Source: Camelus dromedarius
Lineage: Eukaryota
Assembly (NCBI RefSeq): GCF_036321535.1
Contig: NC_087437.1
Coordinates: 81,718,001 to 81,782,000, forward strand
Direction: 5' to 3'
DNA: 64,000 bases
The notes under the pieces were generated by a model. That model worked only from the letters and a program-made list of their open reading frames with translations, searched no databases and was not told where the DNA came from. Within the stretch, counting starts at the first letter, position 1. Each line of letters opens with the position of its first letter. A program made the position numbers and the translations under genes. This document shows positions 46,301 to 60,402 of this stretch, piece by piece.

Positions 46301-49300
46301 GAAATCATTATCTCAGGAAGATATCTGCATCCTCATAATCACTGCAGCATTACTTACAATAGCCACGACATGGGAACAACCTAAGTGTCCACTGACAAAT
46401 GACTGGATAAAGAACATGTGACACACACACACACACACACACACACAGTGGAATGTTATTCAGCCATAAAAAAGAAAATCCTGCCACTTGTGACAACATG
46501 GATGGACCTTGAGGGCATTATATATACTAAGGAAAATAAGTCAGAGAAAGACAAATACTATATGATCTCACTTATATGGGGGAAACAAACAAACAAACAA
46601 ATCATTTCATAGCTACAGAGAACAAACTGGTGGTGGTTGCCAGAGGTAGGGGGTGGGAGAAAAAGCTGAAGGTGCAAAACGTAAGAATTTTCAGCTATAA
46701 GATAAATACGCTCTGGGGATGTAATACATAGCATGGTAACCATAGTTAACAATACCGTACTATATATTTGAAAGTTGTTAAAAATGTAGACTTTAAAAGT
46801 TCTCATGAGAAGACAGAAAATTGTAAATATGTGAACTGACTGATTTGTATACCATGGTCAGTACAATGTTATATGTCAATTATATCTCAATCAAACTAGA
46901 AAAAAATTCAACAGAACATATGTAGCCATTAAAAATGAAAAATTAAAACTAATTCATGACAAGGAAAGTCCTCATGAGATATATTAAGTGGAAAAGACAG
47001 GCTATAAAGTTATTACATGCAATATGATTTCTACTTATAAAAATAAATAGATAAATGCATAGAAAAAGACTGAAAAGAAATATATTTAATATTAACTAAC
47101 AAGAGATTAAAGTGACTTATTTTCTTTTCTGTACCTTTTTTGCATTTTACAGAGACTCATAATTAGAAAATTCCCTTTTTTATTAAATAAAACAATACAA
47201 TTCTGACTATAAGTGTATGGATCCCAGTGTTACAGGATATTTTTTGATGTCTAGAAACTCTCCTTAATATATCATATATGTAAACATCTTAAATCATAAA
47301 CAGCTATATAAAATGAGTTATGGGCCACTTGCTTTGCTTTGCTAGATTTTCAGTTTCTAGAGTGCTGGAATTGTTCTTTTAAAATACTTTGTACGGTAAC
47401 ATCTGTAGTTAATGAATATTAAACCATTCAACCAGTTAGAATCAGAAGTTATTTTCATTAATATTATGAAAAAGTCAACAGCTCCTTAAATGATTTTTCC
47501 ATTCCTTAAATGAAATAAGCCTCCACAGTGAGTTTTAACAACTCTGTAGAAATCTAATTTCAACAATCTGGACAAGTTTGTTCTCGCTCCCCCCCCCCCC
47601 CCTTAAATATTAAATATGTAGAAGAGTGACCCTGCTGCACGGGGTGCCTAGTGACACACACAAATCAGCTAGAATCCAGGAAGGGGAGAGGTGGATCTCT
47701 GGCTAAGAGGGAATGGGAGGGCGCATCCTTGGCCTTTCTTGCTGCCCAGCCAATTTCTCCCAACTCTGTGTCTTACAGACTATCAGTGCCTGTCATCTGT
47801 TCCTTCACTTTCAACACCCTCCTCAGCCCACAAGATAAAAATCCAGCCAATTACTGTGTAAGATCTACTCTCTACAATCTGACTTTCTTTCCAACTGAAT
47901 CACAGGCTACTACGGCCCACGAAGTCTCAAAACAAGAAAGGTGGTCTCTTTAATAAAGGTACTAACGGGTATTTGTTGAGTTCTTAAGGTGTGACATCCA
48001 TTGTGTTTAGCTCTTTATTGGTATAACAATTCTTTGAGGTAGATGCTATTACTATCTCTGGCATTCAGAAAAAGAAATAGGGTTAGAAAGGTTAAGAAAC
48101 TTGCCAAGTCACAGAGCTGGTAAATTGATGGACCTTGGACTTGCATTCAGAGGTTTGAGTCCATAATAGGGGCTCTTAACCTCAGCATAGTATTGCCTAC
48201 TTAACACCTCCTCTGGTTGCACACTGTGCACCTGCCTGTCTGCTTCTGATTCAGCTGTTCTCCCATTCCTGAAGGCTTTCCTCATGTCTCCATACTTCAA
48301 AGATCCTATTTTAATCCTCCATATACTTCAAAGATCACTTAAAGACCCTTTCCTCTGTAAAATCTTCCCTGCAGATTCAGCCACCATAACCATCTCTCCC
48401 TCATTTCAATTGCTATAGGATTTAGAAGTACTCATCTGGCCCCTGGCATTTACTGCCTCATGTTGTCAATCTCATTCTATGTACATTTATCTCTTCAGCT
48501 GGATCAGGAGCTCCTCGAGGGGAAAAGCTTTGGAACCAGGAAGGCCTTGAATGACAGCTCTTGGGACGGGCTATGTAACCCTTTTAAGCTTCAGTTTTCT
48601 CTCATAAAAATTAAGACTGCTAGCCTTAAGGATGCTGTGAGTACTAGATGAGATATGTGAGAGTGTCTGGCATAGCACTGAGTGCAAAATAGGAACTCAA
48701 AAAATATTTGCTTCCCTTCTTTGTCTGGGGCTACCAAGTTTGTTACTTCCTTGTAATTGTGCAGACCTCTGCATATCCTGGGTTCATTTAATCCTGGATG
48801 ATTTTCATCTGGAGAGAAACACTAGTATGTTTAGCTCTTGTTTGCTTCCTGGCAAATGATCATCTCTATACTTAGCTACTATACTGATGAACACTTTACT
48901 TTTAGATACATAAAAATCGAGGACTAGCCTCAGATAGTTATAAAATAATGTTCTATTACTGTATTAAACAAGTAATTTGGAAATGAGCATTGAAAAGAAA
49001 TCTTTAATCTGTCTGAGGTAGAATACATAAGATTATCAGCAGGTCAACAGGTTTTTAGGCTTTGGTAAAGTCAACAAATTATAAAAACCCACTGGTGGAT
49101 GCTGTCTGGAATACTTTCTGGGTAAGGCACTAAAAGAGAAATACATTCGGGAGAAGTATAATACCTATATTTCACCCACAGAAACTGCATTTTTGTTTCA
49201 ACAAATTTTTATACCAGCCCTCAACTAGAATGGGAGTCCTGGGGGGCTGAGACTCAATTAAGTGAGAGGGAAATACTCAGCACATCCAGCTATACAATTG

Positions 49301-52300
49301 CAAATTGGTGGAATAATTGTGGATCCACTAACCTGCTTACAGCAACTGGGATTTGAATGTATTTAGATGGGCACGTGCACTGCAGTTTCCAACAGTCCTT
49401 ATCACTCCCTACTGCATTATACCTGCTGGCAGCTTTAGAGACTAAAGGCTGAGTTTCCAACTCCTGAATTAACACAGAGGTCTGGTTTCACTACCTCACA
49501 CATGTGGTTTCCCAAACTCACATAGGGGTCAGGCAAACTCCCAGCTCTGAATAGGAGTATCACCACCTCTTTTCATACCTTGTTTAATGAGTTCTTTAAT
49601 CCTCCCTGGAGTTCCTACACCAAGGTGTACCACACGCTTCTCCAGCAATTTTACCTGCTCCTGGACCTATTCCAAAATGATGGAGAACAAAGAAGAATCA
49701 TCAAAAAGTTCAATCACAGCCCAATTTAGAGTATTTACTGTAAAAGCTAAGAGGCAAAAAACAAATGGAGCTACCCTTGTTTAGGGACAACTTCCAGGGC
49801 AAAGAAGAGTAACATCAGACAGAAAAGCATCTCCCTAGAAAACTGGTAAATCTTCAAAGAATCCAGGGATCAAACCTCAGCTCCTGTACAGAAATCTCAG
49901 AGCATAGGGGAATGTTGACTGTTGGGATAGATGAAGGAAAGGCAAAGAAAACCAGAATGGTTGCTAAATATGTTATATAAGGGAGGCACCAAAGAACATG
50001 CTTGCTAAGGAGATAAGGAAAAGAGGCTGAAGCAGAGAAACTGAGGTCTGGAGGTGGCCTTTATGGATCACTTTCATCTCTCACCAGGAACGATATGCCC
50101 TTGTTTACCTTTATATGTTTTGCAAATAATTTCATAACTTTGCTGTCTCCTCTGAATGCAGTCATTGACCTGATGAAAAAAGAATAGATTAACACATAAG
50201 AAAATTCACTACTTAAGTATTACATCTTGATTTATTCAAAACATGTGCATGTATGTGTGCACATACATGCATATGTATGTGGATACACACACACACACAC
50301 ACAATTCTAAGACACATACACACAAACAATTCCCATCTCTGGAATAGAACTGGGGTGGCCTTTATTCAAGCATGTATCTGGGTTGGCTTCTAACTCTCAT
50401 ACACAAGGTTAACTTTACTTAGGTTTCCTTGATTATTATTGTATTATTTAATTATTTTATTTTGGTGTGTAGGGGGGAATTAGGTTTATTTATTTATAGA
50501 GGAGTTACTAGGGACTGAACCCAGGACCTGGTGCATGTTAAACACGTGCTCTACCACTTGACCTATACCCTCTCCCGGTTTCCTTGATTATTGAAACATG
50601 TAGATCTGTCCTTCACTTCTGTTAAAATGAAAATAACAGTCCCAAAATGGCGTCACTTGTGCTGTTCTCCAACTGCAGTATCAGCCTCTCCCAGAAATGT
50701 AACCTTAATCAACCACTCTGGAATTTCTGGTCAAGCACCAGAAAGGTAATCTGTCAAGTGGGCCCTCTCTACCCACCAGAGTAAGACAAAATCCTTGCTG
50801 TTCCCTTCCCCTTCAAAAGAAAATGTCCTGGCCTAAATATAAATCTTTTCTTTTATTAATAGATCCCTTGCTCCACCTTTTTCCTATAAAAACCTTTCAT
50901 TTTTGTACAACCCCTTGGAATGCCCCTCCTGTAGCTAGAGGGGATGCTGACTGATTCATGAATCACTGAGTAAAGCCAATTCAATCTTCAAATTCACTCA
51001 GCTGAATTTTGTTCTTTTAACACCTGTAACACAAAAGTTCTATATTTTAGGCCCCTTGCAGAAAATTTATCTTCAAACTCTGCAGTATAGTTCTCATACA
51101 AAATTTGGTTGTGAGAAGTATCTTAGCAGTGATATCAGCCCGAGATCTACGGAACGCAAGGGCACATACAAAGGTCTGTCTGTGGCTGTCCTGAGGGGGC
51201 AGAAATGAGCTGGCAGGGGTTAGCAGGAGGGCTTATGTCCTTCATTCAGAGTAGCCCCCCGCCCCCACTTTATCTACATTGCAGAGTGAACTTTTCTGTA
51301 AAATTTTATATGTGGAAATGCTTTGGGTATAAATGGGTGTAAAAGAATAATCTTTTAGTTGATGTTTGGGAATAGAACTAACATGGGAATACTGCTCAGA
51401 ATGTTACTTTCCTTTATATATCATTATTATATTTGAGAAATGCTACTGGCCAGTAGGACTACATAAGTTTGCAAAATAGTGACTCATGCTATACAAACGA
51501 GTTCTGTTGCACTCAAGTCTGCACTTACACACGCACTTTCTCCATGGCAAGGTTAACTAGGAAGACAATTCAGAGAACATATTTAACATAAGTCGTGGTT
51601 CTCAAGAGAGCAGACAGTCTTACAAAAGTTAGAATTATTTAATGTTAGCCTTTATGAATGGGGCTTCTTGTGCCTGCTCAAGAATCACTTAACCTTGAAA
51701 TGGATCATTATATCACTGAAGACACAGAAAAACACTGAGAATGGGCAAATGAAGTACGACAACATAGTGTTTTTATGCCCCTCAAAAAGGCATTTATGTA
51801 CAGTTAAAACTCAAATCGATGTGACAACTTGTTTTTATGAGGCCACCTCCAGGCCCACCTCTTTGCCATTAGTGCTTGAATCTGAAAGGAGTTCTGTGGT
51901 GGTAGTTCTTGAAGGAGTGGAATGTCAGTGTGAATTCTTATGATTTCAGAAACAGCAAGTACAGCTGTCCAGAAGCAGTTGGAGTTTTGAAGATCAATTA
52001 TGCTTAGAGCAGAAATAGTTGATACACTTTTGTTTTATTGAGAGGGTGTGAGATACAATTTAATGTGTTGCCTAGTGGGAAAGGAGGGTTTGAAGGACTG
52101 GTAACTAAGCTTAAAAACTACTCTACTAAATTCATTGTCAGATTAGTTCATTTAGAAAAATAGATGCTAAATAACCACCAAGAGTCTACATTTGCACCTC
52201 AGTCTATTTGATCAAGCTCCTTTTCCCTCAGGAATTGGATTTTCTTTTGTTTTGTCTCTGGTCAAAGCCTGGCGCAGAGTCTGGCATAGAGCCTGGCCCT

Positions 52301-55300
52301 AGGAGAGGGTGAGTCTCAGTAAATCCCACTTTATTCTGATGGCTCTTCTCTGAGAGCTGAATGTTACCACAGATCCAATGGAAGCCTTTTTGTTTATTCT
52401 ACAAAAAAACAGTAAATGAAAAGGTATGTGAAAGCACTTAGTAAAGCCCCAACAAATCTTTAAAGCGGAATTTTTACATTTAAATTTTTGGTCCATTTGG
52501 CATTTGTCTTGGTATAAGAAGTGAGATATGGCTACCAAGTTGTTCCAACACCAATTATTAAATAATCCAACTTTCCCTCTTGACGCGGCACTCTTGCCAC
52601 ATGCTGCACTTTCAGATGCACATGGGTCTATTTCTGAATGTTTGATTCTGTACCACTGTTCTGATCTGTCCTTCATGCATGTGCCAGTTCCACAGTTTTA
52701 ATTACCGAGACTTCATTTTTTTTCAAATAATCTGATAAATACTACAGGCATAGAATCCTTTCTAACATTCTTGTTCAGAATTTCCCCAGCTATTTTTAGT
52801 TCTGTATTTTCTCATATGAACTTAGAATTAGTTTCTCCAGTTTGAAAAACAATTTCATTGAAGTTTCATTGGGAATCTGTGAAATCTGCAGATTACCTTA
52901 AGTAAAACAGACATCTTTACATTGAATCTTCCTATTCAAGAATACGGTATGCCTTTTTGTTTGTTTAAGATCTTCTGCATCCCTCATGTAATATTTTCTC
53001 TATCTAAATTTTGGTAAGTTTATTCCTTGGTGTTTCATTCTTTTTCTTGCTATTATTTTAAATTAAATCTTTTCTTTCATTATTCCTACAACTGGCTGTT
53101 GCTTGTATAATCTCCGTGCTTTTACCCTTGCCCTCTACAATGTGTGCTCTCCACACAGCAGCCAAAGCGATCCTTTAGAATGACTATTCACATCATATAA
53201 CGTCTCTGCTCACAGTCCTCCAATGGCACACCCCATCGCAGGGCCTTTTGTACTTATTGTCCCCTCTGCCTGAAACCCTCTTCCTCCAGATATCTGCTTG
53301 GCTTTCTCTCACTTTGTTTAAGTCTTTGCTCAAATATCAATCTCCTGAGAGAAGTTTTCTGTGACCACCCTTTTAAAAGTAGCCCCCATCCTCTTTGCCA
53401 TGCTTGATTTTTTTCTTACATAACTTATTATTATCTGAGATTATTATGTATGTTTATTTGTTTACTTTAAGTTCCATGAGAGAAGGGACTCTGTGTATTT
53501 TGTTCATTGCTACATCTCCAGAATATAGAACATACCAGCTTGGCACGTATCAGTTACTTCGAAAACATTTACGAAACAGAGTAGGTGAAGCTTCCCACCT
53601 GATGAGCTCCAGGGCTCGGACGGCAGAGCCACAGATAATCAGCATCAGGACCGATTTCTTCTCACTGTGGTTTTTCCGAAGTTTCACCCACTTAGGGCAG
53701 ACTGAAAAGAGGCCGTAAGAAAAATATTACTCTAAATATAGCAAAATAAGGTCCCCAAAGTTGGATATTCTCCAATCACTTCTTTGTTATTGTTTAAGTA
53801 AAATAAAATATAATGAGCATTGTTTAGATTCTATCCTATACTGATTATTCTAGATATTAGATTAAAACGAAATACTAACTTATACCACAAAACACATAAT
53901 ATGCTAAGTAGCTAAATGTGACTAGTTTTAGGACTAAGTTAAAAAAGTCTGTAATAATACAACATTTTCTATATTTTATGTTTGATGCTTGAAGGCAATG
54001 TTGACTAAATAAGGAAAAGAACTCTGATTTAATAATGTTAAATTTTAAAGGGATACTCGGCGTAAGATATAAAATGGAAATGATATTAAAATAATAGCAA
54101 ACATTTATTAAACACTGACACTGTGATAAGCACTTTATGCAAATTTCTCTTTTTTAGTTTTCATAATTCAGTGAGATTGGTTGTATTATTATCTACATTT
54201 ACATTTGCTGAATTTGAGGCTAAGAAAGGCTTATGAACTCAAGTTGAATGTCGTCAAAATTGGTTAGAATTTGAAAGAAGAATGTTACATTTTTATCTCT
54301 AAACTGTTCACTGTTGGCCACAAATAAATGACTAACTAGCATGAAGAATCTAGTTATTACTGCCTACATACAATATTTACTGAAAAGGTCAAATTAGACT
54401 GTCTACGCAATAGGCATGGTCTGAGCTCTGAACATGGGAACAGAATTTCAGAATCTCAGAGCTGCGTTCAAGATCATATAGTCCAAATTCCTTGTCTTTC
54501 AGATAACAAAATTGAGTCCCAGAGGAGTCCTCAGTGACTTGTCTTGGGTCAAAGAGCAAATTAATGGGGAACCTGGGACTACAAAACTAATAATTTTTTG
54601 GATTCTAAGACCAAAACTTTTACTGTGTTATAAAACAAAAAGAAGACCAAAATGCCAGAGAAAATAAGAATAAATTTAAATAAATAAAAATTAGTATCAA
54701 GATGGACCTAAAAGACCTTCATTTAAAATCCATTTAAAGTAGAAACCTGATTTTAAATGTAGTTTTCTAAGTTTTTATTTTAAAGAGATAGACCTTATGT
54801 TTTAATGGAAATAATAACTTGATAAATAATTTTAAAAAATGAGTTTACTTACTTTCTTTTAGGTATGATGAAAGACTGTGAGTCAAATCATTGGCCTTGA
54901 GGAAACAGGAGTCTAGAAATATAAGAAACATGCTTTGTAGAATATTTTGCCAACACATACATAATCAAAATAGATTAAATGTGAAAGATGTATTCTTGAA
55001 CAGGTTGTACATTAGTGAAATGGGGACTCAGATATTTTATCTTAAAAGTGTTGTCTAACATTTATACAACAGCAACAGCAGCAGCAAAAAGTAAATTTCT
55101 AAATGTCCATCATTTCTTAGAGTAGTGAAATAGAAGCTTGCTGTATCATTCAGTTGACTAATAAAATATCTTTATTTCCAAATCCACAAAATAGGCACTA
55201 TACAAAGGCAAAGCTGAAATAGCTAACAAATCTAAATGGAAATGCTGAAACTCACTAGTCATCATAGAAGTGCAATTAATACAAGATGAGATAACACTGC

Positions 55301-58300
55301 ACACACATTAGAATGGCTACTGTTAGAAAGATGTATAATACCAAGTGTTGGTGAGAACGTAGGATGATGGAAACTCTTGTGAACTGTAGGTGTAGGTATA
55401 AACTGGTATAGCTATCCCGGAAAGTAGTAAAATTAAGATGTATACACCAATGACCCCAGGATCACAATTCCTGAGTAAATAATGGGAAGAAATTGTTGTG
55501 TGGTCTATAAATAGACATATTCAAGTCTATTCACACTAGCATTATTTTTAATACTGGGGAACTAGAAGCAGTCTAAGTGTCCATATAGGAGAAAATGGAT
55601 GAGCAATATATAGTAGATGAAATCAGTAGACTACTACATAGCATTTTAGACACAATGAACTAGACGTAAATAAAGCTATATAGGCATATCCTGAAAAAGT
55701 GTTAATTAAGGAAAGAAGCAGAATGAGAGGTTCAGCACATCACTTAAATATATTATAAAATGTATACACATGCAACAACATGACATATTTTATAAGAACA
55801 TATACATATTTTAAAATGTATATTAATACCTTAGAGTGAATGTCTATGGAGAAAGGAAATTGGAGTGAGGTTTGGGGAAGAGTGGGAATAATGCATCAAA
55901 ATACAATATAACACAACACAATGAAAGACAATGTGACATACTACAATAAAACATAGGGGTCTTGCTCAACCAATGATGATCATGATCTATCAATTATGTA
56001 CCTGAGATGTATAAAAAAGCAACATCATGTTTATCATCCTAATTCTTTCTACAAAAAAAAAAAGTTTGTCTATAAACACAGCAGAGTGCTAAGGAGTAAA
56101 TTATTACTAAATTAAATGAAGCTTATGTTGTGACCCAGCATACATAACTCATAGTATGTGAGTACCTATCTTCAAAGATGTTGCCCTCTATACTGTTAAA
56201 GAGCCTTTGAATTCTTTAAAACTGTAATCTCCCAGGACTGGATATGATCAGACTCACCTGGAGAACTTTACAAAAGATACAGATTCCTGGAATGGATTCC
56301 TTTTTGCGTAGTGAGTCAGAATTCCTTGTGGGGAGGGCCTGGGAATTTGCTTTTTAAGTTCCTGGGTGATTCAGTTGTGGCCGGCCTACAGGCATTTAGC
56401 ACTGATCTAAACCACACTGCAGCTCTCAGGAGGACAGCTGAGTTAGCTCCAAGTGACTCTTGCCTCAAAACTCTAATTAAGTTCCCATGTGTATGACATT
56501 AACAATGTACAGTGTACAGTATTAATTGAAAAGACATGTTCCTGCCTTACAGACATAAACAACCTCAAACCACAACCAAGTTAGATGATCGGCAACTAAA
56601 TAGGAACAATATTTTATTACTTACATCCACCTTATATTTATGCCCCTTTCTGAGCCTGTTTCAAATAATTGTGTGTCCCTCCTCTCACCTGATGAGAATT
56701 CCTTTGTGTCCTGGGTCCTAACAGTGTAGTGATGGGCCTTTTCTCTAAAACCTTCCTATGATGTGTTCATTCACTGTGGCTGAGAATGGCCTCATTTCTT
56801 AACTGAAAATGAAAACCAAATTTTTTTTGGCTATAACAGTATTTTTAACATATTTTAAACATTTTCCCCTAAGCCAACCCATGACCACACATTCTTGCCT
56901 AATTATATTACTGAACTCTAATGATGATAGATATAATATAATGTAAACTCACTATGGAACTCAAATGACTCTTTCAAGGTTTCTTCTGACCTCTACTCTC
57001 TACAATTCTAGCAAATTAAGGTTTATAATGTTCCAAGAGGTTACAGATAGCAGCAGTCCCATTATCTTTCCTCAGGTGAAGGTAAACTAACAAAGAACTA
57101 CAAGGGAAAATTGACACTAAGTCACAGTAAAATCAAACTTCAGTTACACCTTGAAGAGGCTTTGTTGTAACACTTGGTTTCTGAGATAGAAGAGCCAGGA
57201 CCTAGCTCTCGTGCAGAGGAACTGCTGTGCTGAGAAGAGTGGTCTCTAACTGCTGTTGGACCTTCTGATCTCTGTAAGTGGAAAACTCCAGAAACTGCAC
57301 ATGTGGAAATGAGCTCCTTCAACCCCCTAAAGGATATTCCTTTTGGAAAAGGAACAGACAGGGACACTGATATCTCCAGCCTAACATGCATTTTTTTTAA
57401 AAAGGCACATTATTACAAAGAATTATAAAAATTCAGGGAATGGGCTGTTTTTCAGCTTCTCAAGACTCTAGAAAGCATACAGTTGTCATGGAAAAAGGAA
57501 ATCAAGCTACCTTTGACTTTTTCCAAAAGCAGTATGAGATATCCCTAGTAGTCTACACATAGCTTATCTGAAGCAGTGCTACCCAAACCTTTTGTGCTTT
57601 GATTTTATAACATCTCTTTTCCTCAATCTCTGCACAAAAGAGTTACAGGATATAACATTACTTTGAAATTAATTAAAATTGGTTGTTTTAAGAATTTCCC
57701 AATATCTTTTAATTGTAAATATTCTAATACAGTAGATCTCAAATAATAGCAGGCTTAAGAATCACACGGGGTGAGGTGTCAGCCTTGTTAAAAATGCAGA
57801 ATTTTGTCCTACCTTTAGATAGCTTACTTGAAAAAATCTTGGCTAGGACCTAAAACACTACCCTAAAATGCACAATTATGACTTCACATCCAGGCTAAGG
57901 ATAACAACAAAAATAAGATGCTATTAAAGCTAAAGTTCTTGTCTATAAAGGGTGAGTAAGTCAATGTTTCACTTCTATACTTTCATTTGTGTGCTTATCT
58001 TTATTTTTATTTAACTTCTATCCTCATAAGGGATTCTTATTCATTAAAGAATCTGCCAAAAAATGTATACCCAATTAGCCTTTTGAATAAAAAATTACAA
58101 ATCTTTCTATTAGATTGAACAAATACCATTTAGCATCTTAATGAAGATATCACCCAACAGTTAAAACTATGAAGTTGAGGAAACGAGTATCAGCGTGTGG
58201 AAAACATATCAGCCCCCTAGCTGAAATACCTAGCCATAACACACAGCAGAGAAAAGGTGAACCTGTTTTGCTCCTTCCTCATCATCAGGAAAATTGCTAG

Positions 58301-60402
58301 CAACTAACAATGGGTTTTGCCAAATAACAAGCCTCAGAATAGTAAGAGAAGGAAAAAAAGAAAAGAAAAAAAAAAAAAAGGAAAACAACAATGAAGCTTG
58401 GTTGTACCTGGCAGGTTTAGTTCTTCTAATTCAATCACTGAGCGATTACTGCTAAAATAGTCCTTCATCAGCTTCTGTAGGTCTTCAGGTGTCCCTGGTT
58501 TTGGCTCTGATTTTGCAAGAACATCAGTAATTTTCTTCTAATAAGAAGGAAGAAAAAAATTGGAAGCAGATTTTTTAGAATGGAATTTGACTTAAGATAG
58601 GTCGATGCCGCTGGCATTTAAACTGTACACAGGTTTTGGTGATAGCCAGGTGTGAACAGGAGTTCTAATAAACACACTTGAGAAACTTAAATGATACTTC
58701 TCGGACATAACTACAGCTTTGAAAAATGAACAAATCATCTAAATGACTCCTTGTAACCCTTGGTCTGTGATTTCTAGAAGAACTAAAATTTCTGCAGGAG
58801 TCTCTATAAAAGGGTACTATTTTTCTGTTAAAAGTCAATAAAACTTGTTGCTTGTGGAAACCTCTTTTTAAGCCTTAGACAATTTGTACTCCTGGGAGAG
58901 TAGAATTTTGAGAATTTCTTGCCTAACCTGGTTCTTAAGGCATTATGTTTCAGTTTGGATTTCTGGGATTAAAGTAAGAGCTGCATATCTCAGCATAGGA
59001 ATGCACTAAAGGGGGGACATTTTAGACCTTCTAGTCTCAAGTCTTGGGAGAAACAGTCTTGAATTAGCCCTATGGAAAGCAGAACAGGAAATACTTCACA
59101 ACAGTTATTTTGATCTGGACTTATTTGTGTAGCATTTACTGAATGCCTGTAATGTACTAGGAACACAGAATCGTTCATTTAACTTTCATCATAAACTTCC
59201 CTCCTTATTTCCTTATAATATTTCACCAAAGATCCAGAAAGAAACATTCCCTGCCTCCCACCCCAGCTTTTTTATTCTCCTTCCATACTATCTTCTTTTT
59301 ATACCACTGCCAAGAATGGTCAAAGTTCTGTCAGATGAATTAACTTTAAAAAATATGTCATCAGTGGGCACATTTTAGCATGACCTCAGCCAAGGCTAAA
59401 CTATTTAGCTGGAGTTCTGACCTTGAGCCACCAAGAACTTAACACTCTTGAAGGCCATTAGTGTACAAACTATCAAAGAGAAGTTAAAGTCATTTCTTTA
59501 AGAACTTGCCAAACCTCAGCCAATTTGGCATCTCTCATCTTCCTATTTGGCCATTTGTGAGCAAAAGAATCATACGCACACACACTCTCATTTTTCTAAA
59601 AGCTTGCTGTTAAGTAATTGGTTTGAGTCCATCTTCTTTGCTCTAATCCCAATCATATTTCCTCTGCTGACTTCAGCAGCAGACCCTTCTTGGCAGGGAG
59701 AGAATTACACTGCTGTTTTCACAACTGTGGTAGAAGGTCAAAGCCAACCACACTTTCTTCAAGCCTGAGCCATCAGAAAGTTTGTATAGGAGCAACAAAG
59801 TTTTCCATATGTTCACAGGCAAGTATTAAAATCAAGGGGAGACTTTTGCTTTAACTTACGGTTCCAAATTAGAGTCAGAAATGCCTTATACTTATACTAC
59901 CTTCATCTGTTTATTGTTTTCTTTTTATTAATACTCTAAGATATAAGGTTTTAAAACTTGAAATGGGTAAGGAAAGAAGGCTGGTAGATTTCTTTTCTTA
60001 GAGACAGAGGGGCCAGAGGACAAGATAGCTCTGGGCCCCTTCTAGAATCAGAAACTTATGTCTGACTTCTAACCACAGTGAAAACACAGAGTGGGTAACA
60101 AAGATGTTTGGTGCTCCACAAGACTGAAATAGGAATTAGAAGAATTTATTTTTAGCTCCAACAGAAATACCTATTACTAGTGACCTTAGGAAAGTCACCA
60201 AACCTCAAAGAACCTCACAATCTTTGCATCTCTAAAGTGGGGATTACAATAATTGCCTCATCAAAGTATACTATTTAACAATGTGATGGAAACCATGTGG
60301 GGCCACATCATTGTAAGAAATTATTATTACCTTTCTCCTCTTCCTGGTTTTGGTGGCATCTTCACTTGTTTCCTTTGGTTTTATCAAGAAACATTCTTTA
60401 GG
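43292..60402 (-). CDS. CMSS1: CMSS1 (cms1 ribosomal small subunit homolog), 3' partial CDS join(60331..60402,58408..58537,54853..54912,53599..53701,50109..50169,49579..49666,44696..44784,43292..43375); 5' exons outside the window
   Basis: Eight GT-AG exons in compatible phase, 687 nt: [11 protein letters not shown]...[15 protein letters not shown]...[23 protein letters not shown]...[34 protein letters not shown]...[27 protein letters not shown]...SLKLGLF*, which matches CMSS1 as I recall it. Confidence 0.95.
44696..44784 (-). CDS. CMSS1: CMSS1 penultimate exon
   Basis: tctttcag|GT GGC...GAG|gtacca; (G)[29 protein letters not shown]. Confidence 0.94.
45895..46908 (+). mobile_element. L1 3' end (L1MA-like) in a CMSS1 intron, antisense to the gene
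   Basis: ORF2 C-terminal remnant ([22 protein letters not shown]) plus 3'UTR ending tatgtcaattatatctcaat and an A tail. Confidence 0.9.
49579..49666 (-). CDS. CMSS1: CMSS1 internal exon
   Basis: tggaatag|GTC...CAA G|gtatga; [29 protein letters not shown] (contains the helicase-like TPGR motif). Confidence 0.94.
50109..50169 (-). CDS. CMSS1: CMSS1 internal exon
   Basis: ttcatcag|G TCA...AAG|gtaaac; [20 protein letters not shown]. Confidence 0.94.
50438..50576 (-). mobile_element. tRNA-derived SINE (Vic-1-like, camelid)
   Basis: Reverse complement reads gggagagggtataggtcaagtggtagagcacgtg...gttcagtccctag; perfect 16-bp TSD ggtttccttgattatt at 50422-50437 and 50577-50592. Confidence 0.88.
50620..51022 (+). 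mobile_element. ERV1-class solo LTR (MER34/MER39-like)
   Basis: TGTTAAAA...TTTTAACA inverted termini, TATA-like cctataaaa, agtaaagccaatt polyA-like region. Confidence 0.72.
52460..53110 (-). mobile_element. Old L1 ORF2 fragment
   Basis: Antisense remnant similar to [19 protein letters not shown]; gacatctttacattgaatcttcctattcaagaa. Confidence 0.7.
53599..53701 (-). CDS. CMSS1: CMSS1 internal exon
   Basis: cttttcag|TC TGC...ATC AG|gtggga; (I)[33 protein letters not shown](R). Confidence 0.94.
54853..54912 (-). CDS. CMSS1: CMSS1 internal exon
   Basis: atttctag|AC TCC...GAA A|gtaagt; (D)[19 protein letters not shown]. Confidence 0.94.
55170..55890 (+). mobile_element. Old L1ME-like 3' region
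   Basis: cattagaatggc, taataccaagtgttggtgag, gtataaactggta motifs. Confidence 0.7.
56205..56405. mobile_element. MER5-like MITE
   Basis: atcagactcacctggaga...cagattcctgg...gggcctgggaatttgctttttaagttcctgggtgattc. Confidence 0.6.
58408..58537 (-). CDS. CMSS1: CMSS1 internal exon
   Basis: cttattag|AAG...CCA G|gtacaa; [43 protein letters not shown]. Confidence 0.94.
60331..60402 (-). CDS. CMSS1: CMSS1 internal exon (first in window)
   Basis: ccctatag|CCT...AAG|gtaata; [24 protein letters not shown]. Confidence 0.92.

Noticed and set aside
48288..48336. Short direct repeat ctccat(at)acttcaaagatc
   Set aside because: It is a local duplication of about 20 bp in an intron with only two units; not an array and no sign of function.
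43376..60330. Search for intronic snoRNA or miRNA genes in CMSS1, a ribosome-biogenesis gene
   Set aside because: I saw no convincing C/D or H/ACA box arrangement or hairpin by eye. An Infernal/Rfam scan would be needed to exclude them.
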